From: Botryllus schlosseri
Lineage: Eukaryota
DNA length: 64,000 nucleotides
NCBI GenBank assembly: GCA_051294905.1
Contig: CM119371.1
Coordinates: forward strand, 26,786,001 to 26,850,000
Direction: 5' to 3'
Numbering within the stretch: the first letter of the stretch is position 1; every line of letters begins with the position of its first letter. The notes below the pieces were generated by a model. It worked only from the letters and a program-made list of their open reading frames with translations. It made no database searches and was not told the DNA's origin. Below, one piece after another: positions 59,970-64,000 of this stretch. The position numbers were made by a program, and so were the translations under genes.

Positions 59970-61499
59970 TCAACGACCAGACCGTCGATATTCCTGAATC
60001 GAGTGGATCATGTGGGAACTCCCGAAAAGACTGTTTCGTTTGAATTGTGTCAAGTCTGCGACTATCGCAATTGTCGAAGATGAGGTGGAAATGGATGGTT
60101 ATATTCGTTTGAAATGAGCCAAAAGAGTTGTCATTGCATTCGACAATGAGTTTGTACGTGAATCTCCCATGCTTGTATTATTTTCTATAGGTTGTTATCT
60201 ATAATGGTCGTTCTGATGGTTTCTAAGGCTAAGTAACCGTGTGAAATTGTAACGTGCGTTCATGTAGTGACTTGAAAACATGTTAACAGAATATTCAATA
60301 CACGGCCTGAAATTATGCGATGCCTCAGTGAATTTTGTGTTTGTTTATTCGATCTTTTATCGCGAGTTGATAAGCATCCGCTCAATATGGTAACGAAGGT
60401 CAAAGGATTTGATGTCCACTTTCTTCTGGGATGCTTGACACTGTGGAGGGTTCTCTTGAGTAGGCCTTTTATGCGTTATATTCTGTCAAGCTTGCTGGCA
60501 AACATACCTGGAACGCCAAGTATCCTAATATTTCTTGCTACGTAGACTGTACCGCATACAGTATGCGTATATGCCATGAATGGCGTTCAGCGCTAATACA
60601 GAAACTTCGGATTGCCTGCCGCGACCAATTAGTGGAAGATTACCTATAACCAGTGGTCGTCAATACAGAAGTATTGGTTACTCGGAGTACGAGAGCAATT
60701 ACGCAACATCTAGTTCCACAGTTAGTCAAGTGGTCATATTTTGAACTATAGTTCCACCACTGCTCGAACAGTATTTAGTCGAAACGACTCATTACCGCAA
60801 CAGCTAACACTTTTGGATTTGATAAACCATAATAGTAATTCGGTTCGTTTCATTAATTTCACGAATGACTAAACAAGTGGCAGATATAACCAATGGTGAT
60901 TAGTAACCAATACCATTGTATCAGGTCAACGATAAATGTTTTCAGTAATAGCACCAATTTATAATGTTGCACATTTTCCGTCAGTCGTCAGGTACGGTAG
61001 ATGTGTTGGACTTACCGGCCTTCATGTGAAACGCCCACTTGCAGTAATTTTGACATGTCTTGTAAATCACTCTTACTTGAGAGTTCAACTTTCTGCGACA
61101 ACTAACTTCTATTTGAGTGGCAAAGATAATTTCTTTTACGACCTCTACCGACTCGTAATATGAAGTTCAACAGCAGTACCTCTACTCGGTAAAAAAGATT
61201 TTTCAGTTCGAAGCCAATGCATGATAGTTGATTTAGTGACTTATTATTAGGGCGATTTTTTAACTCAAGAAAACTGAAGATTTTGACCTGAAAAAAATAA
61301 AATTTTGACATTTTTCGACATTAAAAAACTCAATTTTGATAGTATTTTGACCTCATTTTGGAACTGTCCGTCCCTACGTAGCAGTTAGGCTTGAAACTTC
61401 CACACAATTATTTTCATGATGAAACTTAATTTTACCAAAATCTGGACCTATGAAGAATTCCAGTAGTAACATCACGCACTATGGTAGAATTAAATGAAA

Positions 61500-61700
61500 T
61501 TAGTAGTTGTACAACGAAAGATACCTTCCTACATTTTCGGGCAGAAAGTGTCTGTCCGTATACTAAGTATAGCTTGCCAAGAATGGAGAAAGAACGTTCA
61601 ATAGTAGCAGTTGTTGGCTGACAACACTGAAGTTGTGAGTATACTGCTGATGACACACCGTGTCGCTTCATTCTGACAATGTTGTCTACATGAGTGCTCT
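61500..61700 (-). pseudogene. hAT transposase C-terminal dimerisation-domain remnant
   Basis: LQCCQPTTATIERSFSILGKL contains the P-x-T/S-x-x-x-ERSFS hAT dimerisation motif. Confidence 0.6.
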
Positions 61701-62465
61701 TTAACCTTTTTCGTCGTGGTACACCCTTCTAACATTTACTTGAAACTGGTTCACCTCTGACCACATAGCTCACTGATTCCGTAAATAGTAGGACTGAGCC
61801 TACTCCAGGGGTGTTCAATCTCCTTGCTATTCATGGCCGTGCTTCGATTCCATATATAGCATACTGACGAAGAGTCGTCATGGCCCATCTCGATGTCATA
61901 TACTCCTGGTAAATTGTGTACTGGGAACTTCGCATCGCGGAGGGCCCTTGTGGCGTTCTGTGCCATCACTGATTTCTTCAGATATATCTTGCGTATATAA
62001 GTTGAAATTGTAGCAGCAGAACATCCCGCAGGCATACTATCTCTGCACTGAAATCGCGAGTATAAATGTTAGGAAAAGGCAACTGTAGCAAAAGGCCCTA
62101 CTTATTATGCTGCTACTGATAGACGTAACCTATACCGCGAACAAATGGAGTCATATTTCTTCAAGCACATTTTCACTCATCAATGTTTTTAGGGCATGAA
62201 AGGTTTCGGAATGTCACGGAAAATATCTCACAATTCGCAAATATGACGACGAACAATTAACGCTTCGGTAGAATGGGGAAGGAAGTACGTAGTTTTGTTT
62301 GAGCATAAAGACCAACTCTTGTCCCCTACTTTGCATTTAACTGTATCAATGTATGTTCAATTGGTACTCGGTCCATTAGATATTCATTTATTTGGGTACT
62401 CACGTAGTATATATAATGGTCATGGAAAACATTATAGTCCTTATATAATACAGTAAGTACTTTTA

Positions 62466-62506
62466 TTCATCATCACCATCATCATGATCATCATCATCAT
62501 CATCAT
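62466..62506. repeat. Imperfect (CAT)n microsatellite
   Basis: Direct reading. Confidence 0.9.
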
Positions 62507-63554
62507 TGTTATAGAAGAAATGCAAAAACAACTTCGCGGCCATGAATACTAGAATGTATATTAGTGGGGCCGTCTTAAAAACAATCGCCTCGCAACGGCG
62601 CACAAATCTTTCCGCGTTCTCTCCTTCTAGGCCTTCTGCTGATTCTTGACAGTCCCGACGGCCCATCGCCATATACCAGACGTTGAAAATTGCGGCTCCC
62701 GCGAGGCCGCCCCACCTCATGGGAATAGGTGCGGAAAAGTCGAAGTTATCTACACCTGAGCCGAATGATACGAGGAATTTACATCTTTGTATGCTACAAA
62801 ATATCATCCTATGTAGTTCAAGTCTAAACAATGAGGGGGGCGTGGCCCAAATATTTTACGCAGCTGACTTTGCAACAACGCTTTTACGCTTTATATTGCG
62901 TGCAGTTGCAATTTTTCATTCTACATGTGCATAGAAATTCACTAAAATCGACAACTAACTTATTAATCTATATTGAAAACTATTCGGCAGATTTGCAAAC
63001 AAGCGAAGTTAATATTTACATCACAATATCAATATGTCATTCACTATATTCAGATTCCAATACTAAACGATCATGAAATCACACCATTCCGTCCACATCA
63101 TGATCTAAAGTGAGAATGCTTAGCCGATTTATACAAGTCTGATAACATCTGATGTTAGAAGAGTATGGAAAATTCTCGAAAAAATATAATATTAGAAAAA
63201 GTGAATTTTAGGTTGTCAAAAATATTAACAGTTTGACAGAGTTGACAATGACTTTGACTTTCAGTATGTATCTCACCGTCAAGCAGGTCGGGAAATATCA
63301 CCCGCTCAAACCATGTGACGCGATCGTGCATTACGCTCGACTGAATTGGTTCATTGTCAGGCCTGTTGGATGGAGTCCTTCCCGTGTCTGCAATGGAATG
63401 AGTAAACGCTTAAGGCTATGATCAACATCCTACAATGCGAACGAAAAAACGTTGATTGACCAGATCTGTCTTGGTGCTGAGTATAGAGTATAATACTGAT
63501 ACCGCTGATTGTGAGACCTATAGCAATTCAATCCTTTATTGGACTACACATCAG

Positions 63555-63630
63555 TGGAGATGCGAAGCTTCAAGAAAATTCACTGTGTTGTTTGGAGATG
63601 CGAAGCTTCAAGAAAATTCACTGTGTTGTT
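63555..63630. repeat. Exact 38-bp tandem duplication
   Basis: TGGAGATGCGAAGCTTCAAGAAAATTCACTGTGTTGTT present twice. Confidence 0.95.
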
Positions 63631-64000
63631 CGAATGCTCACAACAATATTCATGCAAGAAGTCATCCCATGCATATTTTAGCGAGCCCTTGTCCTGGCTC
63701 ACTTTACTTTTTTAAAACCTGTCAAATAACTCCATTCAAAATTGGTACGTTTTTTGCCTGCGTTGAAAGATTTCTGATGGTTTCACTTGATCTACGGTCC
63801 GTAAGCTAGACATGCCGCCCTAATTTACAACATATATTACCGATTTTCGCGACGTATTATTGACTGTAGACCTCTTGCAATCTCGGTAATGGAATATACG
63901 AAGACCACGAAGTATCAACAAACATTTACTACAGAACATTCCTGGTGAAATTTAAACACGAGAACAACCGACCAGTAGATCTATTTTATTTTTCTATTAT

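Noticed and set aside
62463..62831. 122-aa ORF with an acidic tail
   Set aside because: The poly-Asp comes from the (CAT)n microsatellite; there is no other coding evidence.

Overview
AT-rich eukaryotic DNA, probably from an invertebrate animal (spliceosomal splice signals, intron-containing tRNAs, hAT/Ty3-gypsy/SINE repeats). The window holds: (1) a frameshifted, apparently intronless DCAF1/VprBP pseudogene at about 0.1-2.1 kb on the minus strand; (2) a young full-length Mag-like Ty3/gypsy element (5762-10514) with identical-looking 258-bp LTRs, an ATAGC target-site duplication (TSD) and a small RNase H deletion, inserted in a ~40-bp satellite; (3) a tRNA cluster at 13-39.5 kb (Thr, Ser, Ile, Tyr genes and pseudogenes) built from a repeatedly duplicated Thr-Ser...Ile cassette, in which tRNA-Thr(CGT) and tRNA-Ser(AGA) are separated by only 2 nt; (4) many non-autonomous DNA transposons with exact 8-bp or TA TSDs, four of which start 136-145 bp upstream of tRNA genes; (5) two tandem paralogues of a spliced gene for an unrecognised ~130-160 aa membrane protein (41.7-48.6 kb and 57.9-60.0 kb), one with a duplicated 75-nt symmetric exon. 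All homology calls come from visual comparison with remembered family motifs; no searches were run.
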